Source of the DNA: a virus
Strand: one strand, 5' to 3'
IMG/VR virus record: IMGVR_UViG_3300036985_001509
Location: 27,447-91,446 of that record
Length of the DNA stretch: 64,000 nucleotides
The notes under the pieces are model-generated. The model did no database searches. It was not told the origin of the DNA and saw only the letters and a list, made by a program, of their open reading frames with translations. A program made the position numbers and the translations under genes. Positions 1 to 10,295 of this stretch are shown in pieces. How positions within the stretch are numbered: the stretch's first letter is position 1; each line of letters opens with the position of its first letter.

Positions 1-2577
1 GCTTTCGATTTTCTGTTCTACCTCTGGTCTAATTGCTCCTTTTGAATCGTAGTACCAGTCTCTAGCAAATCTAGCTCCTTGAGTATGTTCTTGTGTAGCT
101 TTTTGTTTTGCTAACTGTACTTGTTTTTTAGTGATGGGAAAGGTCTCAGATATAGGTCTTCCTGATAAAACATCACCAATCCCACGATCTAGTCCACGAT
201 TAAAAGATTTAATAGCAGATTGTGTAGATTTAGAAAAAGGAGATAGCATTGCGTTTGTTATCTTCTTTCCTATTTTGTTGAATGATAAATCCATGCCTGC
301 AACAGGATTCAGCATGTTGTTTGCAAACTGTCCTGTACTTCTAGTTCCAGCTCCTCCAAGAGCTCCTGTCAGCAATGGACTTACTATTCCAGCAATATAA
401 GGTAGATTAGAATCTGTTTCTCTAGCCATGTATGGGGCTGTAGCCAATCCCTCACCCATCTCTCCAAACATTGTGATCGGATTAATCCAGTCAGTCCAAT
501 TATTAGACCTAGACATAGATCCTAGGTTTCTACCAGACACATACTGTTGCTCTCTCCAGTCCATATCCTTCCACAACTTGCTCTCACCAGTTGGGAATGT
601 AAATGGAACGTTAGGATTTTCTCTTGTAGCTTCAGCCGCTTTGCCTTCAGCCATTGCTTGTCTATCATATTCCTTGTTCTCTTCTATAACACGCAAGTTT
701 TCAGCTCTACCTCTTTCTACAGCTTGTTCACGTGTATTAGTTGCAGTGAGTGGTTTGTTCTTTTGAGTTTGTCTTCTAAGTGTCTCAGTTGTAATGCGCT
801 TTTGCATTTCCTCTGACATGGGTTCACCCTTAGTAACAACAGGAGCAGTCTTCTTACTCTTTAAGTATTCCAACATCTTACCTGTCTGAGCCTGGGGAAC
901 ATCATACTTATCCAACCAACCGCCATTCTTGCTGATTGTCTTGGGGGTGAAATCAAGTCCCTCTTGATAGAACTTCATCTCTTGGCCATTCTGTGCACTA
1001 GCTTTGGTCTTCTTAGCATAGGGACCGTTAGCAGGAGCAGGACTCTGTGTACGTGCGTACGTGAATCCTACAGAACCAGGAAGACTTCCACCCATTGCAA
1101 ACTGTCCTGTAGCAGATCCATAATCTTTTCCTTCCTGAGAACTAGTAAATCTTTGTTGTTCTACAAATGTTTTCCAGCTATTTCTGTCAGGGAAGTACAT
1201 TGTCTTCTGAACATCCTTATCAAATGTGGGATAGGTGTAGCTGTATTTAGTAGGCTTAGACATATCCACTCTTGCCTGTTCAAACGTGGGTTGAGTTATA
1301 GTAGGTCTAACATCAGTGAGTTCAATATTAGGAAGATCGACACTAAGATTTGGTTTTTCTAGTACACGTTTTTTATATTCTACTGGTTGTACTGGTTTTT
1401 TGTAAATAGGACTATTAGCAGTGCCATCAAAGTAAGTACCAATAGCTCTAATCTTATCACTAACTACATCTGGAGAAGAATGATACATTATTTGATTAGG
1501 TCCAAATCCCAAACTCTTATAATAATCTATTAATTTTTTATCTTCTCGTCTAGATGAGAAATCATTAAAACCTCCTTCAAACTGATCTTTTTCGCTTTGA
1601 AAATCTTTAGATATTGGACCAAACTCTTCTAATCCTTTGACAATTTTCTTAACTCTTCCTTTTTTAAGTTCATCTGTAGTCCATTCAATATTATATTTAC
1701 TAGTTTCACTACCAGGTCCCATTAACTTATCCTGCATTTGATAAGCTTTGTACAAATTCAAACTGTCCTGGTAACTTCTTAGTCTAGGATCTCTAGGATC
1801 TGATGTATAGATGGGTTGTCTGATTCCTTTTTGAGCCATGGGAACGGTCTGGTTAGCTCCAGCCATAGGAGGCTGTAGAATGCCACCACTTTTAAAATTA
1901 AACTTTACATCTCTATTCCAAACAGGTTTACGACTTTCAGCATTTCTAATAGATTTTATAAGTCTAGTGTATTCCCGTATTTGTGAATCATCTCTGAAAG
2001 GACCAGTTCTATAGTTCTCAACCCACTCATAACCTTTTGCAAGTTTACCCATAGATTTTGGAGGAGTGTTTTTGTCTCCTTCTCTGTATTCTTCCATACC
2101 TGTACCAAGTCCTCTTACCCATCCAGATTTAGTTTCATAGTATTCTGGAACAGTTGCTCTTTTCTCAAGATAGAATTTATCAAATCTATCATCTGTTGGT
2201 AAAGCATATGGAATAGGCTGGTTATAGGACTTTACCCACTCATCACGAAAGTTTGTAAGATAGTCTCTTGAATATGGTGTGAACGTATCTCCAGTTTGAT
2301 ATTTTGGTAAATCACCACCATCTCTCCAAGCACCACCCCAGGCAGGATTGAAATTGAATCCTTTATCTGTTAGTCCTCCCATTGTTCCCTCAATACCATT
2401 CTGTGCTTGGGGAGCATCAAATTTATCTAACCAGCCACCAGACTCAACTTTATAAGGTTTAGCCCCACCAGCAATAGCTCCAAAGAACTTACGTTGTTGT
2501 TCTGTAAGAGGATGCCCATGCACCTCCTTGTCGTGAAGGATCTTCTTTGCTTTTGTGGATGTGAGCTTCTTTGCCAT
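1..2577 (-). CDS. Virion cargo/ejection protein, partial (>859 aa, open at left edge; absent from ORF track)
   Basis: Manual translation from ATG at 2577 (MAKKLTSTKAKKILHDKEVHGHPL...) has no stop down to position 1. Lies directly after the muzzle gene, the position of cargo protein 1 in crAss-like phages. Has recurring xxGG/AQxG motifs and a Gly/Ala-rich hydrophobic stretch (IAGIVSPLLTGALGGAG). Confidence 0.75.
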   Translation of the reverse strand, partial: MAKKLTSTKAKKILHDKEVHGHPLTEQQRKFFGAIAGGAKPYKVESGGWLDKFDAPQAQNGIEGTMGGLTDKGFNFNPAWGGAWRDGGDLPKYQTGDTFTPYSRDYLTNFRDEWVKSYNQPIPYALPTDDRFDKFYLEKRATVPEYYETKSGWVRGLGTGMEEYREGDKNTPPKSMGKLAKGYEWVENYRTGPFRDDSQIREYTRLIKSIRNAESRKPVWNRDVKFNFKSGGILQPPMAGANQTVPMAQKGIRQPIYTSDPRDPRLRSYQDSLNLYKAYQMQDKLMGPGSETSKYNIEWTTDELKKGRVKKIVKGLEEFGPISKDFQSEKDQFEGGFNDFSSRREDKKLIDYYKSLGFGPNQIMYHSSPDVVSDKIRAIGTYFDGTANSPIYKKPVQPVEYKKRVLEKPNLSVDLPNIELTDVRPTITQPTFEQARVDMSKPTKYSYTYPTFDKDVQKTMYFPDRNSWKTFVEQQRFTSSQEGKDYGSATGQFAMGGSLPGSVGFTYARTQSPAPANGPYAKKTKASAQNGQEMKFYQEGLDFTPKTISKNGGWLDKYDVPQAQTGKMLEYLKSKKTAPVVTKGEPMSEEMQKRITTETLRRQTQKNKPLTATNTREQAVERGRAENLRVIEENKEYDRQAMAEGKAAEATRENPNVPFTFPTGESKLWKDMDWREQQYVSGRNLGSMSRSNNWTDWINPITMFGEMGEGLATAPYMARETDSNLPYIAGIVSPLLTGALGGAGTRSTGQFANNMLNPVAGMDLSFNKIGKKITNAMLSPFSKSTQSAIKSFNRGLDRGIGDVLSGRPISETFPITKKQVQLAKQKATQEHTQGARFARDWYYDSKGAIRPEVEQKIES

Positions 2578-2578
2578 G

Positions 2579-3445
2579 TTACTTGTAAGAGATTTGGGCT
2601 GGTGTAATGATAAACTGTGATGTCAGGTGGGCATCATACCTATTATCTAGAATATGTCTCACCTTCAGTTCCTTAGCTCTTAGAGGTTCCTTCTTAAAGG
2701 ATCTCTTGCCATAGTCCATGTTGGCTTGATTCACCACCTTGTCTATAGACAGAGATTCACATGTACGTACAAAAAGAGGTTCCTGCTTATACTTAACCAA
2801 TGACCAGAATGTGTTGTACTGATAGAAGTTATCGCTCTTGGTGAACGTAATTGTCTTACTGTCAGTGTTGTATACAGGATACTTCAAGTAGTCCTTCAGG
2901 TTGTTGATTGGTTTGGGAACCAGTTCAAGAACACCAGTGGACTGCTGACCGTTATACAAAACAGCTTTGTTAAACCAAGCATTGTCAGTTTCTATCTTAC
3001 GACTGTCATCAGACACACCGTCTGGATCAGAGAAGTATCTATATGCCTTAGTGTAATCTTGCACGCTCTGAAGGATTTCATCCTGGAAAGAATAGGCAAA
3101 CGGATACTCAATGATGTAGGGTTCGATGTTTCCGTAGAAGTAGTTGTATATCACTGGATTCTTTAGGTGCCTCCAGATACAAGCTGTTCTGGTTCTTGTG
3201 TATTCTGTGGCTGCTAAAGCTACAATGTTTGTAACAGTGATTGGGAATGTTTTCTTGTTCTTACACTTACCAGTGGACTCAACAGTCACCATAATAACAT
3301 TATCATCTACAACATAGCTCACCCCCTGAATCAGCAAATCTCTGGGAACATCTGTTGCCAGGATGGTACCATATTCAGTGCTGATTGTGAAGGGTCCTGC
3401 TGTAGGCCCTGAGCTAGTCAACTTTATGATGATTGTCTTTGGCAT
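2579..3445 (-). CDS. Tail protein; probable C-terminal part of a split muzzle/tail-stabilisation protein
   Basis: 288 aa, same frame as the upstream muzzle gene. The IWRH...YNYFYGNIEPYIIEY segment resembles the continuation of P22 gp10-like stabilisation proteins. Confidence 0.55.
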   Translation of the reverse strand: MPKTIIIKLTSSGPTAGPFTISTEYGTILATDVPRDLLIQGVSYVVDDNVIMVTVESTGKCKNKKTFPITVTNIVALAATEYTRTRTACIWRHLKNPVIYNYFYGNIEPYIIEYPFAYSFQDEILQSVQDYTKAYRYFSDPDGVSDDSRKIETDNAWFNKAVLYNGQQSTGVLELVPKPINNLKDYLKYPVYNTDSKTITFTKSDNFYQYNTFWSLVKYKQEPLFVRTCESLSIDKVVNQANMDYGKRSFKKEPLRAKELKVRHILDNRYDAHLTSQFIITPAQISYK

Positions 3446-3457
3446 TTGATTAGTCTT

Positions 3458-6400
3458 TTACACTCCACAAGAACCACTAGTAGAGACAGTACCAGATCCA
3501 CCAGTGATTGCTATAGAACCAGTGATTGCACAAACATTCGCAGTGGTGGTGAATGAGCCCAAGGCAGGTTCACCAGTTCCACACTCTGACCAGGTTAGCT
3601 GGATTGAACCAACTGGCTCAACAAGATAGTTTGTACAATTATCTAAGTAAGAGGTAGTTGTAGTTGTGGTTGTGCTGCTACTTGTAGTGGTAGTGGTAGT
3701 AGGTGTTATAGTTGTTGTGGTGGTGGTAGTTGGGACGCAAGGTGTACAGTCTTCATCAGATGTACAAGTTGTTCCACAGTTATACTTATACAATGTACCA
3801 CCACTTGGACTAGTAACTATAAACAAGCTTCCAGCTTTAATACAATGAACTGTTGAACCACCAATAACCAGAGTGTTAGTCTGCTGAATACCCTCACAAT
3901 CTGTATGTATGTAAGTGATTGGTAGATCCTCTCCATTCACCACCGTCCAGCATTGACAAGGTAGTGTTGTAGTGGTAGTAGTGGTTGTTGGAACAGCTGT
4001 AGTGGTTGTGCTAGTTGTTGATGTAGTGGATGTACTTGTTGTAGTAGTTGATGTGGTGGAGCTTGTAGATGTACTAGATGTAGTGGTAGTTGTTGGAACA
4101 GGTCCAATTGTAGCAGCCAATATATCAAAATCATCACAACATCCATTGATACCAGAATAAAAGAAGTTGTTCTCACCAATGTACCAGTTGGGCAGATAGC
4201 TGTGGAAGCTTATCCAGCTCTTGGTATTGAAGTTGAAAGACACTGTCCAACTCTTGTTACAGAAGTATTCTGTGTCTGTCAGATATACCACCTTACGTGT
4301 AACTAAAGGAGCAACGGTGGTTGTAGTGGTGAGAGTGCCTGGTTTGGTCGTTGTACTAGTGGTGGTTCCTGCGGATGTAGTAGTGCTAGTAGTAGTAGGA
4401 GGGTTCTGAGGATAACTACTGTCTATGTAGAACTCATTAGTTACAGGGTCCCACTTAATATCAGCGCTCTTTGGAATATAGTCAAGCTTAGTGATAATAA
4501 CACGGTCATATTTACTATCGTACACACCATGTAAACCAATACCATTGAAGTGGTTATCAATAGGCACATCGGGGAAGTAACGCAAGATCTCAAAGGCCAG
4601 GTGGTCTGTAAAGAACCTGTTCATTCCTGATCCAAAGGCTGACAGGTCTGTAACCTGTGTACCAGCAACCAAGAACACCTGACCACGTTTAGCATCTATT
4701 GTAATCTGTCCCTGTGGAATCTTAAGGAGCATCTTGTGCTGGGTTCCTACATATCCCAAATCAGTTTCAGCAAAATCAATTGGAGGAGCTCCTCTAAACA
4801 GAGAAGGATTACCAACATAAGCTGCCTGAGGGTTACTAGTGTCAATTGTCAACAGGTTGTTGTACAACAAACTCTTGTTCTCAAATCTAGCCAGAATAGC
4901 TCTGTTCTGAATTCCGTCCAGAGAAATAAGATCTCCAAAGTTCTGAGGGAAGTCAAAATAGGAAATAGCTCTGTAAGTGAGCCAGTTATTTACTGTGTTA
5001 TCAGCATCTATATTCTGTGCGTCTGAATAGATTGCTCTAAACGGATACTGTGTAAAACATATAGCCTTCCAGTCATACGGCAGGTGTGTAAATACGTTCT
5101 CTTTGTTTTGCTTGGAGAAGGTTACATTGTAATAGTAGGTATTGTCCTGAGCAATAGAAACATAGTCTTCTTGTACCCAATCATCAGGAATACCTGTACT
5201 TACATGTGGCCAGAAGTCTCCTTCTCTGTTGTTGAAAGCCTGACGTAAGTCAACATTGTAAGAGCTCTCACAGTAGAAATACGGAATGCCGTACGCAAAC
5301 ACATACATCTTACCATCATAGTAGGTTCTGCCAGGACTTGTAATAGGTGTTTGACTATTAGGACAGTCTAACTGGTTAGCCTTGATGGATATGAAGTTTG
5401 TAAGGTTTTGTTGAGCCGCTACTGCTGTAGTGAGGATGGAACGTGCGGAGTGCCAATACTTTGGATAGGCCACATTACCAATCTCATCGTAGAAGATATC
5501 ACTATCATCAGGAGCATTCACCCTGTTATCAATAAAGAAAGGTATCTTGGTCTTGAAGGCAAATTTGCTAATAAACGTATCACCTCCAAAGAAGGTAGCA
5601 CTGCTAACTGTCAGAGGGGTGATATCTCTTTGGAATCCTGTATCTACAGTTGCATAAGAATACATCTGCCCATACTGATTAGCATATATATTCTTCAGAG
5701 ATCCATAGTAGCATATTGTACTTATGTATTCTTCCTTAGCAGGAGTGCCACAGTTATTACTAGTTCCATTAACACCAGCCGCACTGAGAGTCATTCTAGA
5801 CCTATCGTTAACCGTTCCACCAATAGTGGGAGTTTGGTTGGGTAACGGAAGGGGAGGTCTGTTACCATCTGTCTTCAGATATACAGAACTCTCTCTGTTC
5901 CAGTTATTTACATTTCTATCATCTCCTACCCCCTGTACACCAGGAATGAGGTATTGTTTTAAATCAAGCTCACGTTGCTTAATACCTAGGTTGTTGTTAA
6001 TATCATTACCATAGTCATAACTGGCTATAGAGTTGTAGGAATAAGCATAGTTACGTCTGGTGATACCATTAACGTAAATAGTAAGATAGGCCTGATAAGC
6101 AGCAAACAGAGCACTTGCATTAGCAGGATCTGTAATGTTTGCTATATTAGTAGCACTGTTTAACGCATCCTGTTGAGCCTCAGCACTTAGGAGTCTGTAC
6201 ATGGCGTTCTTGTTCACCTGTACAAAGTGAGCCCTACCAGCACCATATATTACATTCTCTAGCTTAAGAATGCTACCCAGGAATGGCTGTCCAAAAGAAG
6301 TTTCAGGAGAGTTAAATACATGTCTGTACTGAGACGCAGGATCACTAAAAGCATCTAGTTTATCTGGATAGCAATTATCATTTCCTACAGAGCGTACAAA

Positions 6401-8833
6401 TTCCACCTTGAAAATTGTACCTTCTCCTAGGGTGCTTTGATCAAACGTTGGTGTTGTAAGTGAAGCAATATTAAATACAAACTGTCTTGCTTCTCCAGGA
6501 ACAAATCCAGGAACTACTGCTACATACTGATTGCTTAGGTCAAGAGGTTTATTAAAAATCGAGGTGCAGCAAGGTAATAATGGATCTTCTACAAGCGTAA
6601 GAGCACAATATTTTGTCCAACCATCAATAGGACCTCCAGGCATAGTAAATCCTGTAGGAGGAGGAAGTGGGTTTCCTTGACGTAGTCCGCATCTAGTAAT
6701 AGGCCAAACTAGTCTAAACACAACATTTTGTGGTGTTGCATTAACCTTATCAATTGTAATTTTATATACATTATAAGTATTAGAACCAATTGCTCCTGTA
6801 GCACCTCCTTTAAATATGGGCTTTGGATAGTCAAGAGCACAGAGATGAATAATAGTATTCACCTCAGCAAGCGTAATATCTCTAGTGGCTGTTTCTCCTG
6901 TGTAGCAGTCAAGATATTCAATCTGACCAGCAGCTGTTGGATAGATGCTAAAATCTCTACACTGGGACGTAGTGCTTGTTGCAGCAAGAGGAATAGTATA
7001 AGCGTTGCTCTTCTCTAACAGGAACGGGTCCTGTCTAAGATCGTTATAAGGATAGTTGGGGAAGTAGTATTCTGTACCCTCACGGTCATACTTACCCATG
7101 TTTCTAAGAATACCCTTAGCTACGATAGATCTGTTGGTGCTTCTGTCACCACGGATAATCTTAAATCCAGCTATCTGATTCTTCTGTTCAGTGGTTAGAC
7201 CAGACGCTTGGATGAGAGACTGTACCTGTTGTACATCTATTTTTACACCCATTGGGAAAATAGCATCCTTTTGAATCACCATTGTATCTTGTCCTGTAAA
7301 TAGAGCAGACTCAAATATGGGACTCACTAGCACATCTGGGAACTTGTGGTGTCTAATCTTCTGACCTGCCAGAGTTCCCCACAACTCATCATTACAAGGA
7401 TACTCTTCTAAAGACTCCCAGTAGGCAAAATCACCATATTGATAAGGACCTTTATAGGCTACTGCTGGGGAATAACCAGGAGAGAATCCTGAAACAGTAC
7501 CTGTATTATATATCTTCCAATAGGGACTAGTTCCTGTAATAGGATCTGGGTCACCTACAAAATCATCGTTTGTTTGAGGAACAGGAGCTAAGTCATTGCT
7601 AACTGCAACTCTTCCTGGAATGTGGAACCCATCAGTTTGTTTACCGTTATTGAGGAGGAATACAATCTCAAAGGCATACACCTCATCCCTCAGATATCCT
7701 CTGAAGTTGGTGGCATTTAGCTCATCTGCATAATTCTCATTAGCAGGAATACGGTAGGTTTCCCATTGCAAGGTGATACCAGTAGCTATCTGCTGGTAGT
7801 TAATTCTTTCAACAGACGTAAGCTGATCCCAAACCAGAATATCGCGTACAGCCGTTACGTCCTGAGCAATCTCGTAATAGGGGAACTTCTCAAATATGTC
7901 ATCAACTGTCAGACGAATGGCAGTTTTGTTCTGACCTGAATAGGTAATCACCTGACCTGGACCATCAATAAAATATGTACCTATCAACTCTACAGAGGTG
8001 ATAGCATTTACAGTTCTAATAACTGCTACATTAAAATATTGGTAGAGTCCTGTATTATCTAAGTTGCTGACAGTGAGTTCAATAGATCTACCCACTGGAT
8101 AATTAAAATTAGCAGTGGTGATACTTGGGTCAGCAATAGGGGTGGGGTTAGTAACAGAGTAGTAGGAAGTGTAAGGATTGGAAGCAGAGTCACAATACTG
8201 AATAGCAAACTGATATGTGCCTGCCTGTAGCTCACCACCTGAAACTATATTTGTAACGTCCAGTTGGGGAATGACAAAGTCAGGTTGTACATTTAGTCCG
8301 TTACAATCTATATCACTGCTGTAAACAGGATCGCACGCGGGCGTACCCCCTATAAGAATATAGGGTAGATTCTCAGGATTGAGATCAATATATCTACGGG
8401 GATTGAGTCCATCTGTCCAATATACCTCTGTGGTACACTCTGTAATCTTGTGAACAGATTTATGGATTGGATTATTAATGTTGAAATTGAGACAAGGGGC
8501 ATTTACATACTTACGGTAAACGCAGTCATTATTATCCATGTATCCTATCTCAGAATCACCTGTTTCTGGATTAGTAATGAAGAATACATGTTTGTTCTTC
8601 TCTTGGATGAAATGGGTACCAATTAATACAAAGCCAGAAGGGAATGTAACGCAAAGTTCATTCCCTGGCTCATTCTGATAGTTTACAGAATTAGCATCAA
8701 AGTTTTCGACAGCAGCATTCAGCGCGTACGTTAGCTTACCTTTACCAACCTGGTTGAGGGTCTGATCGAGGTTTAAGCCAGTGGTAGCGTTGTTGAACTC
8801 CTGTCTTATACTGCCTTGTTCTTGCTCAGCCAT
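3458..8833 (-). CDS. Muzzle / tail stabilisation protein (P22 gp10-like) with poly-Thr inserts
   Basis: 1791 aa. Motifs VYWTDGLNPRRYID, GELQAGTYQFAIQY, YLRDEVYAF, FFGGDTFISKF, SWTVSFNFNTKSWISFHSYLP; follows the tail tubular gene as in crAss-like phages. Confidence 0.8.
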   Translation of the reverse strand: MAEQEQGSIRQEFNNATTGLNLDQTLNQVGKGKLTYALNAAVENFDANSVNYQNEPGNELCVTFPSGFVLIGTHFIQEKNKHVFFITNPETGDSEIGYMDNNDCVYRKYVNAPCLNFNINNPIHKSVHKITECTTEVYWTDGLNPRRYIDLNPENLPYILIGGTPACDPVYSSDIDCNGLNVQPDFVIPQLDVTNIVSGGELQAGTYQFAIQYCDSASNPYTSYYSVTNPTPIADPSITTANFNYPVGRSIELTVSNLDNTGLYQYFNVAVIRTVNAITSVELIGTYFIDGPGQVITYSGQNKTAIRLTVDDIFEKFPYYEIAQDVTAVRDILVWDQLTSVERINYQQIATGITLQWETYRIPANENYADELNATNFRGYLRDEVYAFEIVFLLNNGKQTDGFHIPGRVAVSNDLAPVPQTNDDFVGDPDPITGTSPYWKIYNTGTVSGFSPGYSPAVAYKGPYQYGDFAYWESLEEYPCNDELWGTLAGQKIRHHKFPDVLVSPIFESALFTGQDTMVIQKDAIFPMGVKIDVQQVQSLIQASGLTTEQKNQIAGFKIIRGDRSTNRSIVAKGILRNMGKYDREGTEYYFPNYPYNDLRQDPFLLEKSNAYTIPLAATSTTSQCRDFSIYPTAAGQIEYLDCYTGETATRDITLAEVNTIIHLCALDYPKPIFKGGATGAIGSNTYNVYKITIDKVNATPQNVVFRLVWPITRCGLRQGNPLPPPTGFTMPGGPIDGWTKYCALTLVEDPLLPCCTSIFNKPLDLSNQYVAVVPGFVPGEARQFVFNIASLTTPTFDQSTLGEGTIFKVEFVRSVGNDNCYPDKLDAFSDPASQYRHVFNSPETSFGQPFLGSILKLENVIYGAGRAHFVQVNKNAMYRLLSAEAQQDALNSATNIANITDPANASALFAAYQAYLTIYVNGITRRNYAYSYNSIASYDYGNDINNNLGIKQRELDLKQYLIPGVQGVGDDRNVNNWNRESSVYLKTDGNRPPLPLPNQTPTIGGTVNDRSRMTLSAAGVNGTSNNCGTPAKEEYISTICYYGSLKNIYANQYGQMYSYATVDTGFQRDITPLTVSSATFFGGDTFISKFAFKTKIPFFIDNRVNAPDDSDIFYDEIGNVAYPKYWHSARSILTTAVAAQQNLTNFISIKANQLDCPNSQTPITSPGRTYYDGKMYVFAYGIPYFYCESSYNVDLRQAFNNREGDFWPHVSTGIPDDWVQEDYVSIAQDNTYYYNVTFSKQNKENVFTHLPYDWKAICFTQYPFRAIYSDAQNIDADNTVNNWLTYRAISYFDFPQNFGDLISLDGIQNRAILARFENKSLLYNNLLTIDTSNPQAAYVGNPSLFRGAPPIDFAETDLGYVGTQHKMLLKIPQGQITIDAKRGQVFLVAGTQVTDLSAFGSGMNRFFTDHLAFEILRYFPDVPIDNHFNGIGLHGVYDSKYDRVIITKLDYIPKSADIKWDPVTNEFYIDSSYPQNPPTTTSTTTSAGTTTSTTTKPGTLTTTTTVAPLVTRKVVYLTDTEYFCNKSWTVSFNFNTKSWISFHSYLPNWYIGENNFFYSGINGCCDDFDILAATIGPVPTTTTTSSTSTSSTTSTTTTSTSTTSTTSTTTTAVPTTTTTTTTLPCQCWTVVNGEDLPITYIHTDCEGIQQTNTLVIGGSTVHCIKAGSLFIVTSPSGGTLYKYNCGTTCTSDEDCTPCVPTTTTTTTITPTTTTTTSSSTTTTTTTSYLDNCTNYLVEPVGSIQLTWSECGTGEPALGSFTTTANVCAITGSIAITGGSGTVSTSGSCGV
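3652..4400 (-). repeat. Three Thr/Ser-rich low-complexity tracts in the muzzle C-terminus
   Basis: PPTTTSTTTSAGTTTSTTT, PTTTTTSSTSTSSTTSTTTTSTSTTSTTSTTTTAVPTTTTTTTT, PTTTTTTTITPTTTTTTSSSTTTTTTTS, encoded with mixed Thr codons. Confidence 0.95.
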
Positions 8834-8838
8834 TTGTA

Positions 8839-9810
8839 TTAATTATTACGTCTCCAACCGTATCTATTGCTACGATTAGGTAATTCGTACATATTGAATC
8901 TGTTCAGATCGTTCTTAATTCTACGTTGCTTAGCCCACGGATCTTGTTTCTTAATCTCAATGTCAGCCATAATGAACGCCTCCTCAGCTTGTTGTTTGTA
9001 ATATCCGAGCTTTTGTTGGAGCTGATTAAAGGTTTCATCATTGGTCTGATTGGTGAGAGTTTCCATCATTTTATACTTGATGAAAGCCTCAATATATTCC
9101 CTGATACGGAAGTTGTCAGGGACCATCTGATTTCCACCAGCATCATATTCTGTAGCATAGAATATCAAGTGTACCACTCCGTTGCGGAAGTTGGTTACAA
9201 ACTTGTTGTCTCTGATGTCAAATGAGTCATACCCAGCAGAACCAGGGGTAAACTCACGAAGAGGAGGTGCCTCTTGATAAAACTCCCAATTACTGGTATA
9301 GTCCACACCACAGTTATTCTGAGCAGAAATGTTTCCTGGTTTTAGCAGATACTCTCTTGTGTAAAGTACGGGAGCTTGGTTGTTTGTTTTGTATACAGAC
9401 TGAACCAGGTTGGGCATGCACTTAGGGCAGAACTCCAGACCACAGTTACCAGCCTCACAGGGATTACCATACACAATTACAGGGCTCACCTGAATAGTTG
9501 TAGAGGTGGCAGCCTGTGAGTAGAAAGAGTTAGCTTGTTGATAAGGGAAACCGTTTACAGCTGTACACATCCATGCCTCACGAACAGCATAAAAGTTATC
9601 AGGAAGTCTAGCCTCGTAGTCACAGATGTATAACGCCTGCTCTTGAATCACATATGTTGCTCTACCCAGCTTTCTAAGACACTTGTCCAGATAGGTGGGG
9701 AACATAAGATCGTCAATAGCCCCTGTATCGAAATAGCTTTTAAACTCTTCCTTTACAGTGGAATAGACAACCTCAGGAGAGATGAAATTATATTTATAGT
9801 AGTATGACAT
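8839..9810 (-). CDS. Tail tubular / ring protein (P22 gp4-like position)
   Basis: 323 aa between IHF-like and muzzle genes, the conserved crAss-like order; contains a Cys cluster NPCEAGNCGLEFCPKC. Confidence 0.65.
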   Translation of the reverse strand: MSYYYKYNFISPEVVYSTVKEEFKSYFDTGAIDDLMFPTYLDKCLRKLGRATYVIQEQALYICDYEARLPDNFYAVREAWMCTAVNGFPYQQANSFYSQAATSTTIQVSPVIVYGNPCEAGNCGLEFCPKCMPNLVQSVYKTNNQAPVLYTREYLLKPGNISAQNNCGVDYTSNWEFYQEAPPLREFTPGSAGYDSFDIRDNKFVTNFRNGVVHLIFYATEYDAGGNQMVPDNFRIREYIEAFIKYKMMETLTNQTNDETFNQLQQKLGYYKQQAEEAFIMADIEIKKQDPWAKQRRIKNDLNRFNMYELPNRSNRYGWRRNN

Positions 9811-9815
9811 CTAGT

Positions 9816-10292
9816 TTACTTTTTCCATTCGTGATAAATATGCTGATATCTATCGTCGGTTTTGATGTAGTGAGACAACAATCTTGATGTGTTTCTGGAG
9901 GGTTTGAAATACCACAGTCCTGAGTGTCTAAACCTAGCTGTGTCTTTAAACCAAATCCATCCGAAGAAATACCCCTCTGTGTGGAAATTGAAGTTGTAGA
10001 TGCGCTTGCCCTTTTCCTTGGTCTTCTTCCAATCTATGGGCAGGTTGACAAACTCTTTACCATCCACCCCCTTCATCTTTCTGCGCTTCTTCTTATTAAT
10101 AGAGAACTCACCAAACCCAAACGGAAGCTTTGCTCTTTCCCCTGTCTCCAGGATGTATTCTTTGAAAGCTTCGTTATAGGTGTAGATGATATCTCTCCAT
10201 TCATCAAACGTAAGTTTGATAGAAGGATTCTTCTTACAGAAATTGTTGTAGTTTTCTTTGCTGGCGCTTCTCCAGTCTATTTTGATTCGCAT
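9816..10292 (-). CDS. IHF/HU-like DNA-binding protein
   Basis: Basic 158 aa protein with GERAKLPFGFGEFSINKKK (HU/IHF arm-like); conserved position in crAss-like tail modules. Confidence 0.7.
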   Translation of the reverse strand: MRIKIDWRSASKENYNNFCKKNPSIKLTFDEWRDIIYTYNEAFKEYILETGERAKLPFGFGEFSINKKKRRKMKGVDGKEFVNLPIDWKKTKEKGKRIYNFNFHTEGYFFGWIWFKDTARFRHSGLWYFKPSRNTSRLLSHYIKTDDRYQHIYHEWKK

Positions 10293-10295
10293 GGC

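Noticed and set aside
131-1362. Short plus-strand ORFs in the apparent gap at the left end
   Set aside because: The region is occupied by the uninterrupted minus-strand cargo ORF (1-2577).
3666-4409. Plus-strand Val-rich ORFs (also 13208-13609)
   Set aside because: Antisense shadows of poly-Thr codons.
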